From the NCBI GenBank assembly GCA_963921285.3, contig CAWUFD020000006.1:11795-75794 (forward strand): a stretch of 64,000 nt of DNA, written 5' to 3'. This DNA is from Pseudomonadales bacterium (lineage in GTDB: Bacteria > Pseudomonadota > Gammaproteobacteria > Pseudomonadales > Azotimanducaceae). The notes under the pieces are model-generated. The model had not been told where the DNA came from, did not search any database, and worked only from the letters and a program-made list of their open reading frames with translations. The stretch's first letter is position 1; the number at the start of each line of letters is the position of its first letter. Position numbers and translations under genes: made by a program. Positions 18,043 to 26,652 of the stretch are shown here, piece after piece.

Positions 18043-19071
18043 TCAATCCAGCAAATCTAGAGTAATGGCTTCACCAACTTCAATATCGCGTTTCGCAGTC
18101 TTTCCAATCACAAGGTTTGAATCTCTGACTGGCAGGATCTGGTCTTTGAAAATTCTGCCCGACAACATGCGCGAAGATACCACTTCACCTTTTCCAATTT
18201 TGGTCGACGCTATCAGGGACTTTCCAAGCTTCTTGAAAACCATTTCCGAGCCTAACTCTTCTGGCGGCTTCGGATTCATCATGTGGGTTACCCTTCGAAT
18301 ATCCCGGCAGAATTTTCTGAACCCATCAGGCTCAAGCGAAAAGCTGTGATCAGTTCCTCGCCACGAGCGATTAAAGGTGACATGCTTTTCAAACACTCTA
18401 GCTCCTTTGGTGTAAGCGATAGGTCCTGACAATGTGCCATTAAAATGATCAGACAACCCAACAACATAGTCCGGGTATCGCTCAGCCAGCACCTCGATGT
18501 TATCGAGACCAAGTCTGTTGTATTCACAAGGGTATTCAGAAACACAATGGAGTATCGCCAGCTCACTTGGGAATTTGGCGATCGTCTCTACACTTGACGC
18601 AATCTGATCAGATTTTCCGCCACCAACGCTGATAACGGTAGGGACGTTAGACTCAGCAATTCGCTCTATGAGTGGCAAGTTGCCAAGATCAAAAGACGCA
18701 ATCTTCAGCACGTCAACGCCAGTATCCAACAGCAATTGCAGGCTGGGTTCATCAAAAGGCGTTGACATGAATTTAACACCGAGTTTATGGCAATCATCCC
18801 TCAAGGCAGGTAACCATTCCGGCTTTAGCTCAAGCATCTCCCGGTGCGCGCCATAGGTCTCCGCAAAGGCATTCTCACTCTCATACGACGCATTGTATGA
18901 AAAATCGTCGAACAGGTATTTGTTACATCGCGTCTGGAACTTAATTGCATCCGCACCAAGGCTCGCGAACACTTTTATGTATTCCCTCGCGGTATCCAGG
19001 TCACCTTGATGGTTTTGACCTACTTCCGCGATTATAAAAACATCATCAACAAGTTCGGATTTCTTGAACAA
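18043..19071 (-). CDS. NeuB-family PEP-condensing synthase of the phosphate-dependent (NANS / Kdn-9-P synthase-like) type, with a C-terminal SAF domain
   Basis: FIIAEVGQNHQGDLDTAREYI..GADAIKFQ, TYGAHREMLE, DHSFSLEPDGF and KLGKSLIASTKIGKGE parallel human NANS as I recall it. TTG start at 19071. Confidence 0.8.
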   Translation of the reverse strand: MFKKSELVDDVFIIAEVGQNHQGDLDTAREYIKVFASLGADAIKFQTRCNKYLFDDFSYNASYESENAFAETYGAHREMLELKPEWLPALRDDCHKLGVKFMSTPFDEPSLQLLLDTGVDVLKIASFDLGNLPLIERIAESNVPTVISVGGGKSDQIASSVETIAKFPSELAILHCVSEYPCEYNRLGLDNIEVLAERYPDYVVGLSDHFNGTLSGPIAYTKGARVFEKHVTFNRSWRGTDHSFSLEPDGFRKFCRDIRRVTHMMNPKPPEELGSEMVFKKLGKSLIASTKIGKGEVVSSRMLSGRIFKDQILPVRDSNLVIGKTAKRDIEVGEAITLDLLD

Positions 19072-19234
19072 TGGGAGTGCCTAATTTCTGAAAATGGAGA
19101 AGGATAGAGAAAAAAAATAAGATTTAAAGATACTCACGATAAATCATGCCTGACCCTGACTATTTCCACTGGAGCTAGAATCACAAGTACGCGAAACTGT
19201 CAGGTAATCTGATTTTTTTACCGTGGCACGCAGT

Positions 19235-19920
19235 TTAACCTAAATGAATGATGTTGCGGATGATAATCAGCAAAACCCGACGACCCGTTATCGACAATTT
19301 CAAAGCATCTTGGCTAGTAAAGTTTTTGGAATAAGTAGTCACACCGGCAACTCCGCTGTCATCAAGCTGAACGATCTTGTTGCAGTGTCTCAGACTGGAT
19401 ATCCGCTGCGCAACCATGATCACAGTTACGTTCCTATCGAGGCTTTTTAATGCCTCAATTGCCCAGTGCTCAGCTTCATTATCCAACGCACTAGTCGCTT
19501 CATGCAGAAGCATCAAGATACCAGTGAAGATGACGTCGAGATGCTTTTTAAACGTTGCCCGCGTAATACCAATTCAGGAGTGGACCCATTTCTTTCCCAG
19601 GTGACTCAGTGATAAATCGTCACTGCCGCCACTTTGGCAGCAGTCTCAAAGCCAACAGCATCCGGTGCTTGTGTCCGGTGACGGTCCGGAACGGAATCTC
19701 GCAGGTGCTCTTGACGAATACCTTGTTTGCAGCCTGAATCAGTTGAGATACTCCGCGTCGCGACTCAGCTCGAGCCCCTAGGATGACTCTATTTGCAAGC
19801 TCGTAAAACATCGGAATAAGGCCACAGCAAAAACTAAGGCACCGGCAGCATTGGTTTCGTTGACGTCAAACTCAAACTGGGCCAGCTCTGTTTGCTTTGC
19901 AGGCAAAGAAACTGCCTCAA
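19235..19920 (-). pseudogene. Decayed MsbA-type ABC exporter remnant
   Basis: ORF 19235-19516 encodes only the end of an NBD: LLHEATSALDNEAE...NVTVIMVAQRISSL. The Walker-B Asp is replaced by His and the H-loop His by Gln. Upstream pieces in other frames resemble a degraded Walker A (SPGKEMGPLLN) and a TMD-NBD linker. There are multiple frame breaks and no intact TMD. Confidence 0.55.
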
Positions 19921-20245
19921 TATTATCATTTTGTCGAAATTAAGGTCATTCTCACGCTTCCTTCCTTTAAGTTGAGGTCAAACAACTGGACCAAAACTGC
20001 TTTCCGGTTTCACGGTCTGAGCGTTGATGGTTAGGGACATACCGCAAGTCATACATCGACGGAGCACAGATACCAAAGCGAATTCGCAAGGCACTATCAA
20101 AGAAACTGCTCAACTTCCACGTATCCGGTCCGGGAGCAGCTTGGCTCTCAAAATTTTTTCGACTATACGGAGCTACAACATCAAGCATTAGGAATGCCGA
20201 ATGTATAATGATGCTTCAACTCGTAGCGGCACATTCCAGTAAGAC

Positions 20246-20953
20246 TTGCTCATGGCAATACAGAAGAACATAAACACAAACGCAAAACTCTGGGGCGCAC
20301 TCTACGGCGAAGGCTCACTCAGCCTAGGCTACCCCGACGAAAATCTCGTCCGCCTCTTCAAACGCCCAGAACCAGGCGTCCCTAACTCACCCGCTCGCGT
20401 CCTCGACCACGGTTTCGGTTCCGGCAACAACGCCCTCTTCATGGCCCTCGAAGGCTACGAGGTCCACGGCGCAGAAGTTAGCCAGGCATCAGTTGATTCC
20501 GCCAACGACCTGTTCCAGAAGGCAAATCTTTCCGGAGACTTCAAACTCATTGATGCGTTACACCTAGATTACGAAGACAATTTTTTCGACATGGTCGTGT
20601 CCTGGAACTGTATGCACTACAACGGCACGCAGGAAGCTGTTGAGACGGTAAGAGATGAACTCCTTCGGATATTAAAACCGGGAGGAACTCTCCTTCTTTC
20701 CACCATCTCAAGAAAGCACAGTCTGTGTTATGGAGCGGATATCCTGACCAACGGTCAGATTCGCGTACCAGAGGATTATCGCTTTGATAACAGAAAGGGC
20801 CTGACGCTGTTCGTCCCCTACTCCAGGGATCATTTCATGGAGATCTACGCTAAAGGCTTCGAAGACGCAAAATACGGCTGGCTTGATGATTTTCTTTTTG
20901 TTGAGGACAAACCTTACGGCTGCCACCTACTGCACGCACGCAAACCCAAATAA
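20246..20953 (+). CDS. Class I SAM-dependent methyltransferase
   Basis: Motif VLDHGFGSGNNALFMALEGYEVHGAEVS (motif I plus acidic loop). TTG at 20246, or ATG at 20252. Confidence 0.75.
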   Translation: MLMAIQKNINTNAKLWGALYGEGSLSLGYPDENLVRLFKRPEPGVPNSPARVLDHGFGSGNNALFMALEGYEVHGAEVSQASVDSANDLFQKANLSGDFKLIDALHLDYEDNFFDMVVSWNCMHYNGTQEAVETVRDELLRILKPGGTLLLSTISRKHSLCYGADILTNGQIRVPEDYRFDNRKGLTLFVPYSRDHFMEIYAKGFEDAKYGWLDDFLFVEDKPYGCHLLHARKPK

Positions 20954-21679
20954 CTAGCGACGTTGCCTCGCGAGCACAAACGCTTCTGCCGCATCAAACC
21001 CAACGCTGTGCCCTCGATGGAGCGCAAGACTCCTCAGGTGCTCATAGCTCCGCGAGTGCGGTGCGGGTCGCATTTCTTCCGCGTAAGCTTCCAGCGCCTT
21101 CATTTTCGTTTCGAGGTAGCCCGTTATGTCCTCAAACACGTTAGGGGAAAAAACTTCCGCACCAGGCAGTGACCACTCACTCGACGATATAACCTCAAAG
21201 AAGTAAATCTCGTTAACGCTTGAACCAGGCAGCGGCCTGCAGGCAGTCATCACTGCCTCACAGGTCAGACGGTGGTCGACATTCAAATCCCCGGGATGAT
21301 GTGTGTAGACGACAGACGGTAGTATCTCAGCTAGCTTCTGTTCAATCCTCTGGATCACATCCAGAAGCGGAACACTGTCCAGCTTGTTATCTGGGAAGCC
21401 CAGATGGCTGATGCTGGAAACACTCAGGATCTCGGCTGCTGAATCACAGGCTCGCTGCCGCTGATTCGAAGCACTCGCAGCATCACCACCCCTGGCACCC
21501 ACGCCGTCGGCAACAAACAGAAGGTGAACTTCATCACCTTCCGCAACTCTCTTTGCAATGGTTCCTCCACAACCCAAAGCTTCATCATCGGGGTGAGCTG
21601 CAACAACAAGTATCGTGTTCATTTCATCAATTTCGTCATTCGTTGCCTGAAGGGAGCTGATACCCGTCATCCCATTCAT
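20954..21679 (-). CDS. PIG-L / LmbE-family N-deacetylase
   Basis: Motif ILVVAAHPDDEALGCGGTIAK. The likely start is MNTILVV at 21622, which removes the overlap with the upstream gene. Confidence 0.85.
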   Translation of the reverse strand: MNGMTGISSLQATNDEIDEMNTILVVAAHPDDEALGCGGTIAKRVAEGDEVHLLFVADGVGARGGDAASASNQRQRACDSAAEILSVSSISHLGFPDNKLDSVPLLDVIQRIEQKLAEILPSVVYTHHPGDLNVDHRLTCEAVMTACRPLPGSSVNEIYFFEVISSSEWSLPGAEVFSPNVFEDITGYLETKMKALEAYAEEMRPAPHSRSYEHLRSLALHRGHSVGFDAAEAFVLARQRR

Positions 21680-22487
21680 CGATGTCTGAGCGTCGTGTTA
21701 CCCGTGTAAATTCGTCTTTTGGTGCCCGTGACCTGAACCCCATGATCTCCTTTTGTCGGTCTGTCAGCTTCGATACCAGTTCAGCGGGTGTGTTCCTGGT
21801 GAGGTCAAAGGATGGTTTAACAAACCAGCGGGAGTAGGTGCCTATGATGATCCAGCGTTCTTCCTCTGAATACTTAGGACCACTACCGTGCCACACAGAG
21901 CCATCCACCACAGCAAGGCTGCCTGCAGGGCATTCCAACGTTACTTCATCAGGATAAACGGTATCAGGCTCGGCGAACGCAGCTTGATGGTGCGATCGCG
22001 GTACAACCCTCGTAGCACCGTTACGCGGGCCGAACTCATCCAGCACCCAGAAGAATTGAAGCACGAGGGGGTGACCGGTCCCAGGCAGCCTTGAATCAAT
22101 ATGTAATTGCTGGGCCTCGCACTCTCCCACAAGACCGCGCGCCTGGGTCTGTTGAATCTGCCACGGTTCCTGGTCCAGGTAAGAACCCGCACGCAACAGG
22201 TCATCGCAAACTGTGATCACGTTCTCGTCAAAAATCAGGGCGAGAAAATCGTCACTCTTGTTATGAAGGTTGTAGATGAGTTTCACGCCACTGTCGCCAT
22301 GAAAGTTACCTACCCTCGCGGAAGAAACATAGTGCCGGGCGTATCGCTCGTAGCTGTCTTTGCAAAGCGTCCTGTAATGAGCTGCTGCGTCACTCGTCAG
22401 CACATTCTCAAAGACGGTATACCCGACTTCCCGAACCTCGGCGATACCACGTTCAATGCACTCTTTTTCGATTGTTCGCGCCTTCAC
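21636..22487 (-). CDS. Phytanoyl-CoA dioxygenase (PhyH)-family Fe(II)/2-oxoglutarate oxygenase
   Basis: HxD in QLHIDS, NGATRVVPRSH, and the distal His in SVWHGSG. Confidence 0.8.
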   Translation of the reverse strand: MKARTIEKECIERGIAEVREVGYTVFENVLTSDAAAHYRTLCKDSYERYARHYVSSARVGNFHGDSGVKLIYNLHNKSDDFLALIFDENVITVCDDLLRAGSYLDQEPWQIQQTQARGLVGECEAQQLHIDSRLPGTGHPLVLQFFWVLDEFGPRNGATRVVPRSHHQAAFAEPDTVYPDEVTLECPAGSLAVVDGSVWHGSGPKYSEEERWIIIGTYSRWFVKPSFDLTRNTPAELVSKLTDRQKEIMGFRSRAPKDEFTRVTRRSDIDEWDDGYQLPSGNE

Positions 22488-23377
22488 CCGGCGACGCCTC
22501 CTTTCACGAACACCGCCGTGATGAGCCGACCAAGACCAACGCCCAGCATGCTGCGATAAAACTCGATCAGATCATCTGTGTCCTGCCTGGCCATCATCAA
22601 CTCAAAGGCAATGCGTGCTCGATGCGCGTTTTTCCCGACCGAAGGGTCCAGTGCATAGTTTGATGTTTCGTTGAACAAGTAGAGATCAATTGGAAAATCA
22701 GCAATCGCATCCACCATCTCCCATCCACAGCTCATGCCGAGTTGTTGCAGACCTGACTTGTTAAAGTACGACAGGTGTTCGGGTGGACACTCCCAGTAGT
22801 TACCTTTTGCAAGACCCCGATCACTGCATTCCTTCTGGATTGCAGAGTAGTCATTGGGCACCTCGACCATCAGCACTGAATCGTCGGCAGCAAGCTTGAA
22901 GAGGTTTTTAAGCAATAGATCCGGCGTTGGCGAGTGCTCAAGCACATTATCAAGCCACATCACGTCATACTTCTCACCCGCTGATACCAGCCGTTCAATC
23001 GCGGCGTCAGGATGGTCCTGGATCAACTTGTCCGCCAACTGCGGGTTGTGCTGCCGTACCGCGTAGTCGCTGTAATCGATGCCGGTCGGGATCGCACCTT
23101 CTTTTTCCAGGTGCGCAAGCGTCCAACCTTCCCCGACACCCACCTCGAGGACACGTTTACCGGCAAACTCGTCCTGTATGGTCTTTTTCAACAGGGCAAC
23201 CTTGCGTTCGATAATGCGTTGCAGGTAGGCCCGCTCCTCTTCGTCGTACTCGTGCGAATATCGCAAATCCGACTGGAAATACTTCTCCTGGTAAAAGCGA
23301 TCGAGCACCTCCTGGTCTGGCTTAGGGTCGACCTCGTAGTAGCCAAACTGATTTTTTACGATGTTGTATTCAACCAA
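22484..23377 (-). CDS. Class I SAM-dependent methyltransferase
   Basis: Motif VLEVGVGEGWTLAHLEKEGAIPTGIDYS. A 4-nt overlap links it to the downstream gene. Confidence 0.75.
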   Translation of the reverse strand: MVEYNIVKNQFGYYEVDPKPDQEVLDRFYQEKYFQSDLRYSHEYDEEERAYLQRIIERKVALLKKTIQDEFAGKRVLEVGVGEGWTLAHLEKEGAIPTGIDYSDYAVRQHNPQLADKLIQDHPDAAIERLVSAGEKYDVMWLDNVLEHSPTPDLLLKNLFKLAADDSVLMVEVPNDYSAIQKECSDRGLAKGNYWECPPEHLSYFNKSGLQQLGMSCGWEMVDAIADFPIDLYLFNETSNYALDPSVGKNAHRARIAFELMMARQDTDDLIEFYRSMLGVGLGRLITAVFVKGGVAG

Positions 23378-23412
23378 CCGACTGTCCTGCCGTTAACGTC
23401 ATCTGCATTATA

Positions 23413-24102
23413 CTAGTCATCCTCAGCCCTGATCCGAACCTCGGCAATCAAATCTCCTGATTCGTCAAAACGCGCACCAGTAAATTCAAATTTAATCGCA
23501 CTCGTGTTGAAGAACGCAGGCGGATATCCATCTGCATCAAGCATTCGAATATAGTCATAGATCTCTTCCAACGTACCCAGATCGTGCAGATTCCCTTCAG
23601 CGGGTTTGCGTCGTTTGAAAACAACTGGTTCACCCGTTTGCGGCGTAGGCTCAGGCGACTCCTTGACAATCGTTTCTATCATCCCGGCAATAACATCATT
23701 GGCTCGAAAAAATATATCCCTCGCGGTACCTTCCAGCGACAGTGGTCTTTTGAGATAAACGTCTCCTGCATCAATCTCGTCGGTGGCCCGCAACGCCGTC
23801 ATTTTGGTTTCTTTCACGCCCCGCACAATGAGATTCTGGACAGGGCTGCCACCCCTGCCATAGGGCAGATCGGTTTCATGAAAGATGACACATTCAAACG
23901 TATCGATAATCGCCTGGTCTATACGATGCGACCAGTGCGGCACAAAAATGTATCTGGGTTTGAGCGCAGCCAGTCGTTCAAGCGTCAGCTCCTCGGGGGT
24001 TCGGATCGTCGTCCACGTGCCACCTACCCGTTCCTGCATCAGGTCAGCGAGCGTCGCGTTCCAGGGCTTGCCAGAAAGCACAACATAGTGCGGATCACTC
24101 AT
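23413..24102 (-). CDS. Formyltransferase-like protein (Fmt N-domain relative, the type seen in Pse/Leg loci)
   Basis: FHETDLPYGRGGSPVQNLI parallels the HPSLLPxxRG loop of formyltransferases. 229 aa. Confidence 0.6.
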   Translation of the reverse strand: MSDPHYVVLSGKPWNATLADLMQERVGGTWTTIRTPEELTLERLAALKPRYIFVPHWSHRIDQAIIDTFECVIFHETDLPYGRGGSPVQNLIVRGVKETKMTALRATDEIDAGDVYLKRPLSLEGTARDIFFRANDVIAGMIETIVKESPEPTPQTGEPVVFKRRKPAEGNLHDLGTLEEIYDYIRMLDADGYPPAFFNTSAIKFEFTGARFDESGDLIAEVRIRAEDD

Positions 24103-24817
24103 AGTTGCCCCTGATGTAGTCCCTAGTTTTTTCGAGGCCGATATTGCAGATCACATCCACAATCGAGAGGTGGCTGACAAACGCTGAAGCCCCTCGTTGT
24201 TCGTATGGCGCCGGATCGAAAGTGAAATAGTCGAGCTGGATAGGAGCGCCATCAAAAGCTTGTTCCTCTTCAAGGTATGCCCTGGAACCAGGTGCAGCGA
24301 CATAACGCTCTGCATCCAGTGCATCACAGAGCAACTTCAACTTCTCTCCCTTCCTTCCTCCAACACCCAATTCACTGGAGACCTCGATCTGCGTTGTCAC
24401 GCCAAGTGCCTCAGCGATCAATCGAATAAAGGTCATGTTCAACTCGGCAAGATTAGTGATATCACCTCCGATCACTGCATCGATAATCTCAGCAATTTCA
24501 TGACGGCAGCTTTTCTTGCCATACGCCTGCTGCAGGGTCTGCAAGTGGCGCTTACGCCATTTCTCACGATCAGCCACCACGGAATCCTTGAGCAGCTGTT
24601 CCTGGGCGTCATGGATGACGGGTACGGTCAACCAGTGCTCCTTGCCATTTAACAAAATGCGATTACGTTGGTGCCATGCATGCGGCCCTCTTCGCGTCAG
24701 TTGGACATCGTCCAGAAAAACGAACACATCCACTGCTTCGATCATGCCAAAGAAACCAGCCCACGGTAGGTAGGTTGGCTGCATGATGGCGCAGGATTTC
24801 ACTTTGCTTATTCCCAT
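24095..24817 (-). CDS. WbqC-family protein
   Basis: The N-terminus AIMQPTYLPWAGFFGMIEAVDVFVFLDDVQ is the WbqC-like signature. Function unknown. Confidence 0.75.
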   Translation of the reverse strand: MGISKVKSCAIMQPTYLPWAGFFGMIEAVDVFVFLDDVQLTRRGPHAWHQRNRILLNGKEHWLTVPVIHDAQEQLLKDSVVADREKWRKRHLQTLQQAYGKKSCRHEIAEIIDAVIGGDITNLAELNMTFIRLIAEALGVTTQIEVSSELGVGGRKGEKLKLLCDALDAERYVAAPGSRAYLEEEQAFDGAPIQLDYFTFDPAPYEQRGASAFVSHLSIVDVICNIGLEKTRDYIRGNYE

Positions 24818-24891
24818 AGTAAGTTTTACAGCTTAACGGCATAGTTTAAGTCGTCAGCGATCATGAAAGTAGTCGAGTTGGGGAGAAGAAT
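24818..24891. promoter_or_regulatory. Divergent promoter region (wbqC operon leftward, pseG operon rightward)
   Basis: Inferred only from gene geometry: a 74-bp AT-rich gap between divergent starts. GGGGAG lies 7 nt upstream of the TTG start of pseG. Confidence 0.3.
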
Positions 24892-25932
24892 TTGAAGGTT
24901 GCGATTCGAGTGGACTCATCGCAGGTCATCGGCACCGGCCACCTTGCCCGCTGCATGACATTCGCAACGCAAATCGCCCGCCATGGCGCCCAGGTGTTGT
25001 TTATCTGCAGAAACCTGCAGGGGCATGTTGCAGACCTCGTCTCCGCGAAAAGCTTTCATCTCACCCTACTGGGTGACGAACCTGTTGAGATCAAATCCCG
25101 CGTCGAATCAGACTGGCTGGCTGTACCAGTTAACCAGGATGCTGGAGAAACGACCAACGCCATAACCCATCACTTTGGCACAGCCGCAGACTGGCTGATC
25201 ACCGATCACTACAGCATCGATGCCTCGTGGCACACCTGCGGTCGCAATGCGGCAAACAAGATCATGGTCATCGACGATCTCGCCAATCGGCCTCACGATT
25301 GTGACCTTCTGCTGGATTGCAATTTTTTTGCCGAGCCTGAAAGTCGATACAGGTCACTCGTTCCTTCCCATGCAAGAATGTTGCTCGGCCCTGCTTACGC
25401 ACCGCTTCGAGAAGAATTTTTCAGCCAAAAAACCAATCCAGAGAAAAGAGTCATGCTCTATTTCGGCGGTAGCGATACAGGTGAACTCCTTGAGAAGGCG
25501 ATAAATGCCGTTGCCGCCAGCGATCTCGCAAACACCTATGAGGTCGATGTGCTGCTATCCCGTGGTTCGGGCCGCGAAGAACAAGCAGCACTGTGTACCC
25601 GCCACGGGTTTAAAGCTTATTCCAGCATCGATGATATGGCAGGACACCTGACACGAACCGAATTGGTTCTTGGTGCTGGTGGGATCAGCATCTGGGAGCG
25701 CCTGCACCTCGGCGTTAAGTCGATTCTCGTATCAATTGCGGCGAATCAGGAGCAACCTCTTAAGGAGCTGGCCTATGCTGGCTACGTGCACTACCTGGGG
25801 AAAAGCGACGAGGTTTCCGAGCAGAAGATGATTGACGCTCTCAATGCATTTATGGATGCTAGCCTCGAATTTACACCGTACGACATCAGTGCCAAACGAG
25901 ATTTTCTTTGGGAGCAGCTCCAAAGCGCTTGA
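24892..25932 (+). CDS. pseG: UDP-2,4-diacetamido-2,4,6-trideoxy-beta-L-altropyranose hydrolase
   Basis: MKVAIRVDSSQVIGTGHLARCMTFA...GAQVLFICR is the PseG N-terminal signature. TTG start. Confidence 0.8.
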   Translation: MKVAIRVDSSQVIGTGHLARCMTFATQIARHGAQVLFICRNLQGHVADLVSAKSFHLTLLGDEPVEIKSRVESDWLAVPVNQDAGETTNAITHHFGTAADWLITDHYSIDASWHTCGRNAANKIMVIDDLANRPHDCDLLLDCNFFAEPESRYRSLVPSHARMLLGPAYAPLREEFFSQKTNPEKRVMLYFGGSDTGELLEKAINAVAASDLANTYEVDVLLSRGSGREEQAALCTRHGFKAYSSIDDMAGHLTRTELVLGAGGISIWERLHLGVKSILVSIAANQEQPLKELAYAGYVHYLGKSDEVSEQKMIDALNAFMDASLEFTPYDISAKRDFLWEQLQSA

Positions 25933-26650
25933 CGCCACGCGGCGCGTATTTGGAGACACAGTCAGCTGCGTTTGTGAGACAAGTCATCTGGGGCAGGGGT
26001 TAGCCGATTACTGTTCACAACAACAGGTCACACTGACCTCCGTTGATTCACTCGCCGACCTCGACATGCTATCGCTCGAAGGTGCTGAGCTTGGGGTCAG
26101 TTGCGGCTTCGGTCTCATCTTCCCTGAACACTTCATTGCCAGATTCCCAAGCGGCATCATGAACATCCACTACGGCAAACTGCCGGATATCCGCGGTCGA
26201 CACCCTATCGCCTGGGCATTCCTTCGCAACGATAAAACCTTCTCGGTGTCGTTTCATATGGTTGATGACCAGATTGATGTCGGCAGGCTGGCTCACCAGT
26301 TTGATCTCCTCCGGGAACCCGGTGATACACCCGAATCCGTGCAAGCGCGTATCGAGGCCAGGCTCGAACCCGAACTTGCAGAGGCAGTGACCAATCTCAG
26401 GGCCGGTAACCTGACGCCTCTTACGCGAGGGCAGTACTACCCAAGCCTTGCCACCAGGTACAAATCGGTTGTCGCTGCGGACCACAGCAGCGACTTCCTG
26501 TATAACCTTGTCATCACGCAGAAAGCCCACGGTGGGGTTAAAATTGACGATCACCTGACTACCGAGTGCGTTTTTCTGCAGGCAGACCTCGACTGCAGCA
26601 ACTACAAGATCATTACCTGCCAGGACGGCATCAAACTAGGAATACGCTAA
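25832..26650 (+). CDS. Formyltransferase (Fmt/PurN-type N-domain)
   Basis: IFFGSS...NIHYGKLPDIRGRHPIAW...HMVDDQIDVG carries the Asn/His/Asp catalytic pattern. The true start is uncertain (TTG 25832, ATG 25844 or 25856, GTG 25889). All options overlap the pseG 3' end by 44-101 nt. Confidence 0.7.
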   Translation: MTLSMHLWMLASNLHRTTSVPNEIFFGSSSKALDATRRVFGDTVSCVCETSHLGQGLADYCSQQQVTLTSVDSLADLDMLSLEGAELGVSCGFGLIFPEHFIARFPSGIMNIHYGKLPDIRGRHPIAWAFLRNDKTFSVSFHMVDDQIDVGRLAHQFDLLREPGDTPESVQARIEARLEPELAEAVTNLRAGNLTPLTRGQYYPSLATRYKSVVAADHSSDFLYNLVITQKAHGGVKIDDHLTTECVFLQADLDCSNYKIITCQDGIKLGIR

Positions 26651-26652
26651 TC

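Noticed and set aside
19200-19219. Small hairpin TCAG-gtaat-CTGA followed by T7 on the + strand, resembling an intrinsic terminator
   Set aside because: The stem is only 4 bp, and no + strand gene lies upstream to terminate.
19967-20188. 73-aa ORF in the junction region (MLDVVAPYSRKNFESQAAPGPDTWKL...)
   Set aside because: It has no recognisable family and sits amid decayed sequence. It may be another gene remnant, but I cannot assign it.
25465-25474. GGCGGTAGCG, matching 10 of 12 positions of the RfaH ops element (GGCGGTAGCGTG), on the sense strand of the pseG operon
   Set aside because: It lies about 570 nt inside the pseG coding sequence rather than in an untranslated leader. The core 8-mer occurs three times in the window, which is about the chance expectation for 128 kb of two-strand sequence. 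It would only be worth revisiting if the genome encodes RfaH.
26566-26652. 29-codon N-terminal extension of pseI given in the ORF track (MRFSAGRPRLQQLQ...)
   Set aside because: It overlaps the end of the formyltransferase gene. The conserved PseI N-terminus begins at MRNHLTIDG (ATG 26653), 2 nt after the upstream stop.
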